From IMG/VR virus record IMGVR_UViG_3300025949_000016: a stretch of DNA of 64,000 nt, one strand, 5' to 3'. The DNA comes from a virus. The translations under genes and the position numbers were made by a program. The notes under the pieces were generated by a model, which saw only the letters and a program-made list of their open reading frames with translations, made no database searches and was not told where the DNA came from. This document shows positions 11,514 through 19,697 of this stretch, in pieces. How positions within the stretch are numbered: the stretch's first letter is position 1; the number at the start of each line of letters is the position of its first letter.

Positions 11514-13733
11514 TTAGTTGCCCCCTGTTCTTACATTAAAGATATAAGTTCCTGCGGCAGATATGGCTCCAGTCATTACTGCAGCAGTTGTACTTGTCCC
11601 GTTAATTGCTACATAACCTCCTGAGGTATTAGCTATTGCGCTACCAGTAGTAGAATTAGCAGAGCTAATTATAACTATAGGAGTATTTGGCCAAGCGCTA
11701 GCAAAATTTATAGTTCCTATTGTACCAGAAACAGCTCCTGAAGTAACTAAAGTAAGTTTCATATTTGCATCTGTTCCTGAAATAGTAAGACTGGTAACAT
11801 TAGTTCCTAATCCACTGGAAGTAGGAGAGCTGCCAAATCCTAATGGATGGTTTACAGCTGATCCAACTGTAATGCTATCCCAGCCAGAACCTTTATATAC
11901 CCAATAAGCAGCTGTACCTGGTGTTGGATTATTATTATAGATAATTTCTCCAGTAAAGAAATTTGTACTATTAGGTATCGTATCTGAATATATTGGGTTT
12001 TTACTTACACTTATAAGTCTCCATGTATTAAGTAAATCACTTCTTTGAAAAAGTGCAGATTGACCATTTCTTAATACAAGACTATTTGAATCGAGTCCAC
12101 TGGGTAATTGGATATTACCACTTTGCCCTCTAAATTGTACAAAACTATATGGATTATTTCCCTCACTACACGTTATTAAAATTTGTTCTAATGGATTTAA
12201 ATTACTATTAATTGTATTAATAAAAGAACTTTTAGAATATGTTCCATTGGTTACAATATCTCTAAAATAACCAGTATTAAGCGTATTACTTGCTACATTA
12301 ATATTTTGACCTACAAAAACAGTAGTATAAGAAAGGTTATCTTGACCATAATTACCGAATATACGACCTCCACCTGGGCTACCTGCTGGAGAAGTATAAA
12401 ATCTACCATTCAATGTACCATATAAACCATTATTAATAGCATCTAAAATAGACCCATCATTTCCAAATATATAAGAACCTAACCCTGTACCAACATTAGC
12501 AATGTGTGTATTTTGTACAGTTACTCTAGATTTATTGGTAGCATGAAATCCTAAAGAATCATTTTCTAACCAACAATCTTGGAAATTTATTCCTTGTGCA
12601 AAATAAGTATAAACCGCTTTTTTAACTGCTTGAATTGTTACTCTCTTAAAAGTAATTGCTCCAAATATCTGATCATTGGAAGTAAGTAAAGAACGAAGAT
12701 CAACACCGACTGTTCCAGCATTGGTTGATCCTTGACCATCAAATTCTGAATCTTCAACAGTTAGTTGGCCCATTTGACCTTCCACATATAAGCCTTTAGA
12801 AGATGAGTCTGATGTACTACTAACTTTTACATGATCAAGTGTTAAAAATTGATTAGCCATATCTCCCAATCCATCAGAACAATAGAAATGAAAGCCATGT
12901 CCTTTAAATCCAGAAATATCTAAGTTTTGAAATTTACTATCCCACAATCCTCCTGTATAAGAAGGAGATGTTTGAGGTATAGCTGTTATATTGAAACAAT
13001 GTTGGTTAGTATTAGATGCATTTCCAACAAGTTTTAGATTAGCAATTGTAATTTTTTGTGCAGGTGTATCTACGAGAACAAATAATCCACTAGCAGAACT
13101 TACCCTAGCTTGAATAGTTGTTCTACCATTATCACCTATAATAGAACAATTTCTTATTTTAATTGAGTCTACAAGAAAAGTTCCTTGTGGTATTCTTACA
13201 ATTTTACTAAGTGTATTACCTGTTGTTGCAAAATCTATAGCCGCATTAATTGCTGCTGTAGAATTAGTAGTACCGTCTCCTATGGCTCCAAACCATTGGA
13301 CATCAATGAAATTACTTATAATCCTTTTATATCTATGTCCACCAGCATCTACTATGATAGTACCAGTATTATCTACACTTGTATTATCAGTTGCATCGTA
13401 ATAAAAGAACCCTTCTTTACCTTTATCTGAGCAATAATAAGATGGAATAGGTGTAGATAGATTAGACCCTCGTAAGTTTGCCAAGCTAATAGATGAGCCT
13501 GAATTTGAACTAAACCATCCACTGGATGTTTTAAAATATACTATATTATTCTTAATAGCCATTGCTCCAACAGGAGAAGTAGATAAAGTATCAAAAGGTG
13601 GTATAAGTCCACTATCTGGCTTTAATATACCTCTCACTCTAATAGTGGTATTTTTACCTCCTAAATACTGCTCAAGTTGAGCATTACTTATGAAAGTAGT
13701 AAACAACAATATTATTGTAAGTAGCCTTTTCAT
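11514..13733 (-). CDS. Tailspike/depolymerase-like beta-helix protein (pectate-lyase-3-like) with signal peptide
   Basis: IDVQWFGAIGDGTTNSTAAINAAID..VRIPQGTF beta-helix start; DNTGTIIVDAGGHRYKR pre-helix module; signal MKRLLTIILLFTTFISNA|Q. Confidence 0.8.
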   Translation of the reverse strand: MKRLLTIILLFTTFISNAQLEQYLGGKNTTIRVRGILKPDSGLIPPFDTLSTSPVGAMAIKNNIVYFKTSSGWFSSNSGSSISLANLRGSNLSTPIPSYYCSDKGKEGFFYYDATDNTSVDNTGTIIVDAGGHRYKRIISNFIDVQWFGAIGDGTTNSTAAINAAIDFATTGNTLSKIVRIPQGTFLVDSIKIRNCSIIGDNGRTTIQARVSSASGLFVLVDTPAQKITIANLKLVGNASNTNQHCFNITAIPQTSPSYTGGLWDSKFQNLDISGFKGHGFHFYCSDGLGDMANQFLTLDHVKVSSTSDSSSKGLYVEGQMGQLTVEDSEFDGQGSTNAGTVGVDLRSLLTSNDQIFGAITFKRVTIQAVKKAVYTYFAQGINFQDCWLENDSLGFHATNKSRVTVQNTHIANVGTGLGSYIFGNDGSILDAINNGLYGTLNGRFYTSPAGSPGGGRIFGNYGQDNLSYTTVFVGQNINVASNTLNTGYFRDIVTNGTYSKSSFINTINSNLNPLEQILITCSEGNNPYSFVQFRGQSGNIQLPSGLDSNSLVLRNGQSALFQRSDLLNTWRLISVSKNPIYSDTIPNSTNFFTGEIIYNNNPTPGTAAYWVYKGSGWDSITVGSAVNHPLGFGSSPTSSGLGTNVTSLTISGTDANMKLTLVTSGAVSGTIGTINFASAWPNTPIVIISSANSTTGSAIANTSGGYVAINGTSTTAAVMTGAISAAGTYIFNVRTGGN

Positions 13734-15214
13734 TAAGATGGTAGTATAATTACCTGAATTAATTCACCTGCTGTTAAAGCTGAACTAAAGGTTATAAAAT
13801 TATCTAATAAGTTCTTAGTAAAGAAGCTATCTCCATTACCAGGATCACTATCAGGTTCCATTAGTTTATTTCTATATACCAATACTGGAAATCCAACAAG
13901 GGCATTATTAACATAAGTAGTACCAGACGTAAAAGGACTTCCAACCGCATCTACTACACCATTTATTTTTAAAGTAGAAATAACAGGAGGTGTGGGAGTT
14001 GTTCCAGATCCACTTCCAATTGCTAACCATATACTATTAACGGCATCATACCACATGAACTGCCTAAGTGTATTATCAAATACAAGTAGACTATCATATA
14101 GATCTCCATTGGGTATAGAAGTGCGCTGACTAGTAGTCATTACTGGTATCTTTATACCATATTGACTAATAAAAACAGGAGCATATCCAGCACTACTATT
14201 ATTTAAGGTACCAAATACTTTAGTAATAGGATTTTGAACCGTTGCTAATGTACTTTGAATACCTGCTATAGTAGCAGCATTAGCATTAGCAACAAGTCCA
14301 TTAGAATGACTTGTAATAAGAATATTACCAGGTGCAGTACCATCTATTTTTACATCTGCTTGTATACCATTAGACGTAGAGGTAAGCGTAATTGTATCAC
14401 TATTAACTAAGTTAACGTCAGCCTGAATTGTATGATTACTAATACCAGAAACTGTCAAATTGACAGTATTAGTATCTATAGCCGTGACAGGTGTTTCTGG
14501 ATTTGGAGTTGGTATTCTATATAATTTAGAATCTGATCCAACCAGCAAAGTACCACTAGGACCTGTGGTTACAAATCCATTAGTAGGTAAATTAGCCAAT
14601 TGTACGTCAGATGTCTGAGCATATAAAGCACCGTCTGTACCAAGTATTAAAGCATTACCTGTATCTGTAGATAATTTAACAGAACCACTTAAACCTAAAT
14701 TACTATCATAAAAATGTAAAGAAGGAGAATCTTGATACTTTAGATTGGCAGTAAGTACATGACCTCCATTACCACTAGGTATTAATTGAATTGTATTAGT
14801 TACGTTAGTAGTAATAGGAATTTCAGGACAACAATCAAACTTAACTCCGTTACTACTTGCACTTACGGGTGCAGTAGAAGACGGATCTATTTTGAGACTA
14901 CCTTTTAAGGTTACTCCATCAAATGTTAAATCAATGGAACTGGTGTCTTGAACAGAAATAGAAGCTCCACCACTTACTAAAGGAGATAAATCTACATTAA
15001 CTGCTTGAGGTAAACGATCTTCTGGTAAATAGACAAGTTGTAGTATTGACCCAGTTAAAGTAAAAGATTGTATTTGTGTATCTGTTTCTAAAAGTTTGAC
15101 AGTATCACCCAAATTAACGGTGTTACCATCACTAATAGATAGATCTCCAACAGTTGAATCTAAAATTAACGTTTGAGCCGTACAAGTCTGTATGGTACTT
15201 TGATTACAGGACAT
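13733..15214 (-). CDS. Fibre/structural protein with DTxx[IV]xL repeats
   Basis: 493 aa; DTSSIDLT, DTNTVNLT; IPVMTTSQR..LLVFDNT..FMWYD..W module typical of Bacteroidota phage fibres. Confidence 0.7.
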   Translation of the reverse strand: MSCNQSTIQTCTAQTLILDSTVGDLSISDGNTVNLGDTVKLLETDTQIQSFTLTGSILQLVYLPEDRLPQAVNVDLSPLVSGGASISVQDTSSIDLTFDGVTLKGSLKIDPSSTAPVSASSNGVKFDCCPEIPITTNVTNTIQLIPSGNGGHVLTANLKYQDSPSLHFYDSNLGLSGSVKLSTDTGNALILGTDGALYAQTSDVQLANLPTNGFVTTGPSGTLLVGSDSKLYRIPTPNPETPVTAIDTNTVNLTVSGISNHTIQADVNLVNSDTITLTSTSNGIQADVKIDGTAPGNILITSHSNGLVANANAATIAGIQSTLATVQNPITKVFGTLNNSSAGYAPVFISQYGIKIPVMTTSQRTSIPNGDLYDSLLVFDNTLRQFMWYDAVNSIWLAIGSGSGTTPTPPVISTLKINGVVDAVGSPFTSGTTYVNNALVGFPVLVYRNKLMEPDSDPGNGDSFFTKNLLDNFITFSSALTAGELIQVIILPS

Positions 15215-15231
15215 CCACTAGTTTTAAAGGA

Positions 15232-15480
15232 TTAGAGACTAGGTACGGTTTTCCATACATTGTCCACGTCAAGATACTCTAAATGAGCACTTATTTTATT
15301 ATACCTTACTGGACGAACGGTAGAATCTTGATCGCAGCATTTATCAGAAAATGCTACATTCCAGCGACTTAGGAGTTTTTTAAATAACTTATCGAGGGAG
15401 AAAAGACCAGCATAGTCTTTATCATTTGTATTTTGCTTCTTTACAATTAATCCCTCCTGAATAAAATAACGAACGACCAT
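15232..15480 (-). CDS. Hypothetical protein (late module)
   Basis: 82-aa ORF, ATG start, co-oriented with the structural genes. Confidence 0.6.
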   Translation of the reverse strand: MVVRYFIQEGLIVKKQNTNDKDYAGLFSLDKLFKKLLSRWNVAFSDKCCDQDSTVRPVRYNKISAHLEYLDVDNVWKTVPSL

Positions 15481-15555
15481 AATATTGTAAGGATGTTTCC
15501 ACGCATCCAGTACGTGTTTTAATTAAAAACGAATCATTTCCTATTCGTAGTTTAT

Positions 15556-15648
15556 TTATTTAATTTTAATTGGCTTTTTATCAACTGGAAGAGTATCATA
15601 AGGAGTACTACATCCACCGCTACCACAACTTGCTTTAATTATTTGCAT
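15556..15648 (-). CDS. 30-aa leader/small peptide MQIIKASCGSGGCSTPYDTLPVDKKPIKIK (not in track)
   Basis: ATG with A/T-rich leader ~40 nt downstream of the leftward promoter; TAA stop. Confidence 0.5.
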   Translation of the reverse strand: MQIIKASCGSGGCSTPYDTLPVDKKPIKIK

Positions 15649-15690
15649 AATTATTTAAATTTTTATCAAGCAATTTCAATATCGCTTAAG

Positions 15691-15722
15691 TTAATATACA
15701 AAATATTATTTAAACTACCAAA
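15691..15722 (-). promoter_or_regulatory. Leftward promoter for the structural/secreted module (variant -7 box)
   Basis: AATTTGG then 20-nt spacer then TATATTAA; same -33 context and spacing as the other promoters. Confidence 0.5.
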
Positions 15723-15742
15723 TTAATTTTTAAAATTAATCT

Positions 15743-15967
15743 ATGACTTTAGTAAAAAAATGTGGAGATTGTCCATTTTGGGGACGCTATAAAGAAATGG
15801 AATGTACTCATTCTAATAATCAAGGCGTTTATAAAAACCTTATAAATTGGGATAACGTAGAGAAAAAACCTCCAAAATGGTGCCCACTAAGAAAAGAAGA
15901 TTACAACGAAGTAAAAATAGTAAATGGTAAGAAAGTTTCAGAAAAACACATAAAACTAATAAAATGA
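15743..15967 (+). CDS. Small Cys-motif hypothetical protein
   Basis: CGDCPFW..C..PKWCPL pattern common in small phage proteins. Confidence 0.65.
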   Translation: MTLVKKCGDCPFWGRYKEMECTHSNNQGVYKNLINWDNVEKKPPKWCPLRKEDYNEVKIVNGKKVSEKHIKLIK

Positions 15968-16284
15968 AATTTAACAAAAACCCATATTATGACCCAGAAG
16001 AATGTGGTCTTGAAATATTCGATGATATAGATACAGCGGGTTCATATGAATTTGATATGTTTGTAATTTGGAGAAAGTTAGACGATAATACTCTTTGGTG
16101 GGGTACAGATTCTGGCTGTAGTTGTCCTACTCCTTTTGAAGGTTTTGAAACTTTAAATGATATGAATCAAATTACTAAAGAAACATTTTATAATTTTGAT
16201 CAAGCTTTAGAAAACCATACCGATATTAGTAAATCAGACTATAATAATATAAAAAACAAAGTAAAACAATATTTAAATATATGA
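15964..16284 (+). CDS. Conserved phage hypothetical protein (DSGCSCP motif)
   Basis: GSYEFD..WGTDSGCSCPTPFE; ATGA overlaps. Confidence 0.7.
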   Translation: MKFNKNPYYDPEECGLEIFDDIDTAGSYEFDMFVIWRKLDDNTLWWGTDSGCSCPTPFEGFETLNDMNQITKETFYNFDQALENHTDISKSDYNNIKNKVKQYLNI

Positions 16285-16502
16285 AACCAAATTTTAATTT
16301 TGATATTTCAGTTGGTAAACTTGAACAAGGATCTTTAGTAATAATTAAGAATGCAGAAGGTAATCCTTGCTCTTCTAATGTTGGAATTATTACTGTTATA
16401 AATAGTACTCATGTACAAATTACAACATTAATGGGTGTTACTAGGTCTTTTATAGAACGTGAACTTACATTATTTAAGGGATCAATAACTATATCACAAT
16501 GA
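16281..16502 (+). CDS. Small beta-barrel-like protein, paralogue family A
   Basis: Ends LTLFKGSITISQ. Confidence 0.65.
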   Translation: MKPNFNFDISVGKLEQGSLVIIKNAEGNPCSSNVGIITVINSTHVQITTLMGVTRSFIERELTLFKGSITISQ

Positions 16503-16714
16503 AGCCAATAATAACAGTAGAAAATGTAGATTATCAAGGAGATCAGATAGAAATAGGTACTTTAGTAGTCTATAAAGCCAGAATTGGTATGGTTAGAAGC
16601 TTACATGATAATAATACTAATGCATCAGTATTTGAATTTAAAGCTCATGAAATTACACTTTGGCCTTTTAATGAATGTAAAATATTTAAAGGTAAATTAA
16701 TAATGGAACAATAA
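16499..16714 (+). CDS. Small beta-barrel-like protein, paralogue family A
   Basis: Ends CKIFKGKLIMEQ. Confidence 0.65.
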   Translation: MKPIITVENVDYQGDQIEIGTLVVYKARIGMVRSLHDNNTNASVFEFKAHEITLWPFNECKIFKGKLIMEQ

Positions 16715-16723
16715 AATAACAAT

Positions 16724-17029
16724 ATGTCAATAGCAGATAAAATCCGCCGATTACCACAAACAGTTAATTTTCAAGGAGTCGAGTTCGACTTTGCTATAAT
16801 AATAGAAAGTCCAGATGAACTAAAGTTATCGTATGATGTAGCCGAAGCTGATATATTTAGTCCTCATTATGGAGATGTAAAAAGTTATGGATCATGGCAC
16901 AATCCATTTGAAAGCGATAGTTTTCAAGGATTTCTATGGTTAAGAGAAGGTATAGAAAATGATGACGATCTAGAAGAAGCTTTATGTGATGTATATAATT
17001 TTCTAAAAAAGAATGATTTTATAAAATGA
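16724..17029 (+). CDS. Acidic hypothetical protein
   Basis: 101-aa ORF in operon. Confidence 0.6.
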   Translation: MSIADKIRRLPQTVNFQGVEFDFAIIIESPDELKLSYDVAEADIFSPHYGDVKSYGSWHNPFESDSFQGFLWLREGIENDDDLEEALCDVYNFLKKNDFIK

Positions 17030-17289
17030 TTAAATTAAATAAAATAGAACCGCAGACAGTTGAAGTATTTGATCCTCAGAATAATAGTTTAGGATTCTTA
17101 AATGAATATGAATTTCTAGATTTAAGAGCCCAAATAGCAGAACAAAGAGTTGAAGGTTATTATTATATGTTCAATGAAGATCAAATATTTATTGATAAAG
17201 ATGGTAGAAGTTGGCAACCAAATAAGTTATTTAACTCAATTGAAAATAGTTTAGTAAGAATAATGACCGCAAATTTTTCTAAGAAGTAG
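17026..17289 (+). CDS. Hypothetical phage protein
   Basis: 87 aa; LGFLNEYEFLDLRAQI..GYY..IDKDG. Confidence 0.65.
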   Translation: MIKLNKIEPQTVEVFDPQNNSLGFLNEYEFLDLRAQIAEQRVEGYYYMFNEDQIFIDKDGRSWQPNKLFNSIENSLVRIMTANFSKK

Positions 17290-17677
17290 ATAACTTATCT
17301 GCCACTTTATTATATCTTCTCGGTATCCATTCAAATTCTATATGATTAAATAGTGGTAATAGTTGTTTTTCAATATAAGAATAATAAGCAGTTAGTTTAT
17401 TATCTCTTACTTTATAAGTGCCATTTATAATATTAATAATAAGTTGAGAGTCCCCATTAACTTTTATTGACTTTTCTTGAAGATTATTTTCTAAAAGTAA
17501 TTTTAATAGACAATAAAGAGCTTCGAATTCAGCAACATTATTACTATTAGTAAGCCGCGGTTTAATCTTTTTAGAAAAGGTTATTTCATTTACGTTATTA
17601 TAGATGACACATCCAATACCCATTGTACCTCCTGGATTATCGGAGCAAGATCCGTCAAAGTATGCATTTATTTGCAT
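17279..17677 (-). CDS. rnhA: Ribonuclease HI
   Basis: YFDGS..NPG, SNNVAEFEAL, GDSQL, WIPRRYNKVADKLS: all four acidic catalytic residues present. Confidence 0.92.
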   Translation of the reverse strand: MQINAYFDGSCSDNPGGTMGIGCVIYNNVNEITFSKKIKPRLTNSNNVAEFEALYCLLKLLLENNLQEKSIKVNGDSQLIINIINGTYKVRDNKLTAYYSYIEKQLLPLFNHIEFEWIPRRYNKVADKLSTS

Positions 17678-18045
17678 ATTATATTATCTCTTATAAATTT
17701 ATTAATATTTAGATTTGGAACATCTTCATTTTTAACTCTAATAACTTGACAACCTTTAATTTCGGTTAACCATTTATCACGTAACTTATCCTTTTCTATT
17801 ATTTCAGGAGTATTATGGTATCCTCCATCAACCTCTATTATAACTTTATAAGGTTTTGGTATGTATATATCCGCAATTATAAAGGTTTTACCATATCCTA
17901 AAAACCCCTTCTGAAATTTTGCTTTTGGAAATTTAGATTTTATCTTTTGATACATTCTTATTTCCATTTCAGTAGCATTTTCACGCAATTTATTTTTATT
18001 CTTTGCGCACCAAGATTGTTGATTCGAGTAAAATTTAGTACACAC
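17668..18045 (-). CDS. DUF559/Vsr-like endonuclease
   Basis: LRENATEME..FQK..IADIY..IIEVDGGYH..DKLRDKWL..GCQVIRVKN. Confidence 0.85.
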   Translation of the reverse strand: MCTKFYSNQQSWCAKNKNKLRENATEMEIRMYQKIKSKFPKAKFQKGFLGYGKTFIIADIYIPKPYKVIIEVDGGYHNTPEIIEKDKLRDKWLTEIKGCQVIRVKNEDVPNLNINKFIRDNIICK

Positions 18046-18059
18046 AACTATTAATAATT

Positions 18060-18390
18060 TTTATTAAAAAAATCGCAGTAAATAAATTACCTATGGCAAT
18101 TTGAGAGGGTACTAAACGAAGTTATCAAGACAAAACCCCCTATAATCCCCCTACTTTATAGTAGAAAGATTAAAAAGAAATAACATCGTTTAAAATTACC
18201 TCCGTATAATTTTCGTGGGGCTCTAGGTTACGCAAGTTTAGAAGAATACCTAGATTTAAACATGATAATATTGTTTAGCACAACGCACTCAAGCTATAGT
18301 TCTACCTATGCACCACCCACTTGAGCAATCTGTCCATGGGATACAGCATTCTTATCACAACGGTATAAGATAAGTAATATATTACTGAAC
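18060..18390 (-). ncRNA. Candidate structured RNA / long leader (~340 nt), family unknown
   Basis: No listed ORF; about eight hairpins, several needing G-U pairs that form only on the minus strand (18143-18155 with 18160-18172); outer stem 18113-18125 with 18180-18192; starts just downstream of a consensus promoter. Confidence 0.65.
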
Positions 18391-18394
18391 AATA

Positions 18395-18426
18395 CAAAGG
18401 TACAACTAATTATTGAATTTTCCAAA
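18395..18426 (-). promoter_or_regulatory. Bacteroidota sigma-A-type promoter (-33/-7)
   Basis: TTTG-N20-TACCTTTG on the minus strand. Confidence 0.8.
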
Positions 18427-18454
18427 TTTATTTTTATAATCAAATGAATAATTT

Positions 18455-18895
18455 ATGGGGTGTCATACTTGGTTTTATAATTTATCCGAATTAGATAATT
18501 GGGATAAAATAAAAGAAAAAGCTTATGAATATCTTAAACAAATGAAAGATAGAACAGATGATTATCATAAGCAACATGATCAAATGATGAGATATTGCAT
18601 TGATAATAAATTAGATACAATTGTAGGAGAATTTGTTTCAGCTTTTGGAAATCTTAGTACTTATCACAATGAAAAAATATATACTAAAGTAGAAGGTTTA
18701 TATGATCTTTTTAGAATTGGTGGATATCCAGAAGATAAACTTTTATCTTATGATGAAACTTTAGAATATATGAAAAAATACTGTGAAAAATATAAAGTTC
18801 CATTTGAATCTCATTTTGGAAATATTGAAGAGATAAAAGATGAACTATTACAATTTTGGAATCAATATCCAAATGGATTAATTGAATTTGGCTAA
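18455..18895 (+). CDS. Hypothetical phage protein
   Basis: MGCHTWFY..DLFRIGGYPEDKLLSYDE..FWNQYPNGLIEFG. Confidence 0.7.
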   Translation: MGCHTWFYNLSELDNWDKIKEKAYEYLKQMKDRTDDYHKQHDQMMRYCIDNKLDTIVGEFVSAFGNLSTYHNEKIYTKVEGLYDLFRIGGYPEDKLLSYDETLEYMKKYCEKYKVPFESHFGNIEEIKDELLQFWNQYPNGLIEFG

Positions 18896-18906
18896 AACTT
18901 AAATTT

Positions 18907-19071
18907 ATGAAAAAATTTTTTGGATATTTAATAATTTTCCTTATATTTGCATCCATCTTTGTAGGTATGGTTATTATAGGAGGGTGGTTGGCAACAATTC
19001 TTACATGGGTTATTACTATTATTATTTGTGGTGGAATAGCTATTGGAGTATGGATGTCAACAGAAGATTAA
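18907..19071 (+). CDS. 54-aa two-TM membrane protein (not in track)
   Basis: MKKFFGYLIIFLIFASIFVGMVIIGGWLATILTWVITIIICGGIAIGVWMSTED. Confidence 0.65.
   Translation: MKKFFGYLIIFLIFASIFVGMVIIGGWLATILTWVITIIICGGIAIGVWMSTED
18919..18949 (+). promoter_or_regulatory. Possible sigma-A-type promoter inside the small ORF
   Basis: TTTG-N19-TATATTTG. Confidence 0.4.
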
Positions 19072-19090
19072 AAATTTAAATTTATACTAT

Positions 19091-19297
19091 ATGAAAAAAC
19101 TAGATGTACCCTTAGTAATGAATGAATATGGTCAAATTGGGATGGTTATTAACCACACCAAAGATAGAAACTATTTAGAAGTAATAGTAATAAAATCTGA
19201 CAAATTGTCAGGTCACACTGTTAACTGGAGGATAGAAGACATCAAACCTTGGAATGGTAATGTAATAATTTCTAATCATCAAAATCGCATTTTATGA
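19091..19297 (+). CDS. Small beta-barrel-like protein, paralogue family A
   Basis: ATG at 19091 preferred to the track's TTG; GQIGMV..W..IKPWNGNVIISN. Confidence 0.65.
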   Translation: MKKLDVPLVMNEYGQIGMVINHTKDRNYLEVIVIKSDKLSGHTVNWRIEDIKPWNGNVIISNHQNRIL

Positions 19298-19455
19298 CAG
19301 ATTTAATCATTATATTTATACTATTAATTATTGTTATGGTTATATCAGGATTTATTTATAGATGTAGTGATTGTGGTAAATTATTTAGTATAAGAAGAAT
19401 AAACCACCAAGGATGTAGAAGAGTAGTTTGTAAACATTGTGGAAAAGAAAAATAA
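19294..19455 (+). CDS. 53-aa membrane-anchored zinc-ribbon protein (not in track)
   Basis: TM helix followed by CSDCG..CKHCG. Confidence 0.65.
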   Translation: MTDLIIIFILLIIVMVISGFIYRCSDCGKLFSIRRINHQGCRRVVCKHCGKEK

Positions 19456-19460
19456 AATAT

Positions 19461-19697
19461 ATGTCAGAGATATTAATTAGTAGAAAAGATCCTAATAAAG
19501 GTTTTAAAAATGGAGATTTGGTAGAAAAAGATGGTGAGGTTGGTTATATATATGGTCGCAATCATAAAAATGACTTTGCAGTTAATGTCTGTGTATTAAC
19601 TAGAATGAATGATAAAGATGATAGTCTTAAATGGCAAAATTGGAATATAAATCAAATAGAACTTTTTCATGGAACTATTACAATAAAAAGTGAATGA
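19461..19697 (+). CDS. Small beta-barrel-like protein, paralogue family A
   Basis: ATG 19461; FKNGDLV..GEVGYI..W..IELFHGTITIKSE. Confidence 0.65.
   Translation: MSEILISRKDPNKGFKNGDLVEKDGEVGYIYGRNHKNDFAVNVCVLTRMNDKDDSLKWQNWNINQIELFHGTITIKSE

Noticed and set aside
6037-13430. Short plus-strand ORFs (6037, 6984, 7024, 8725, 9373, 9765, 13185)
   Set aside because: Fully antisense to long fibre genes; no motifs
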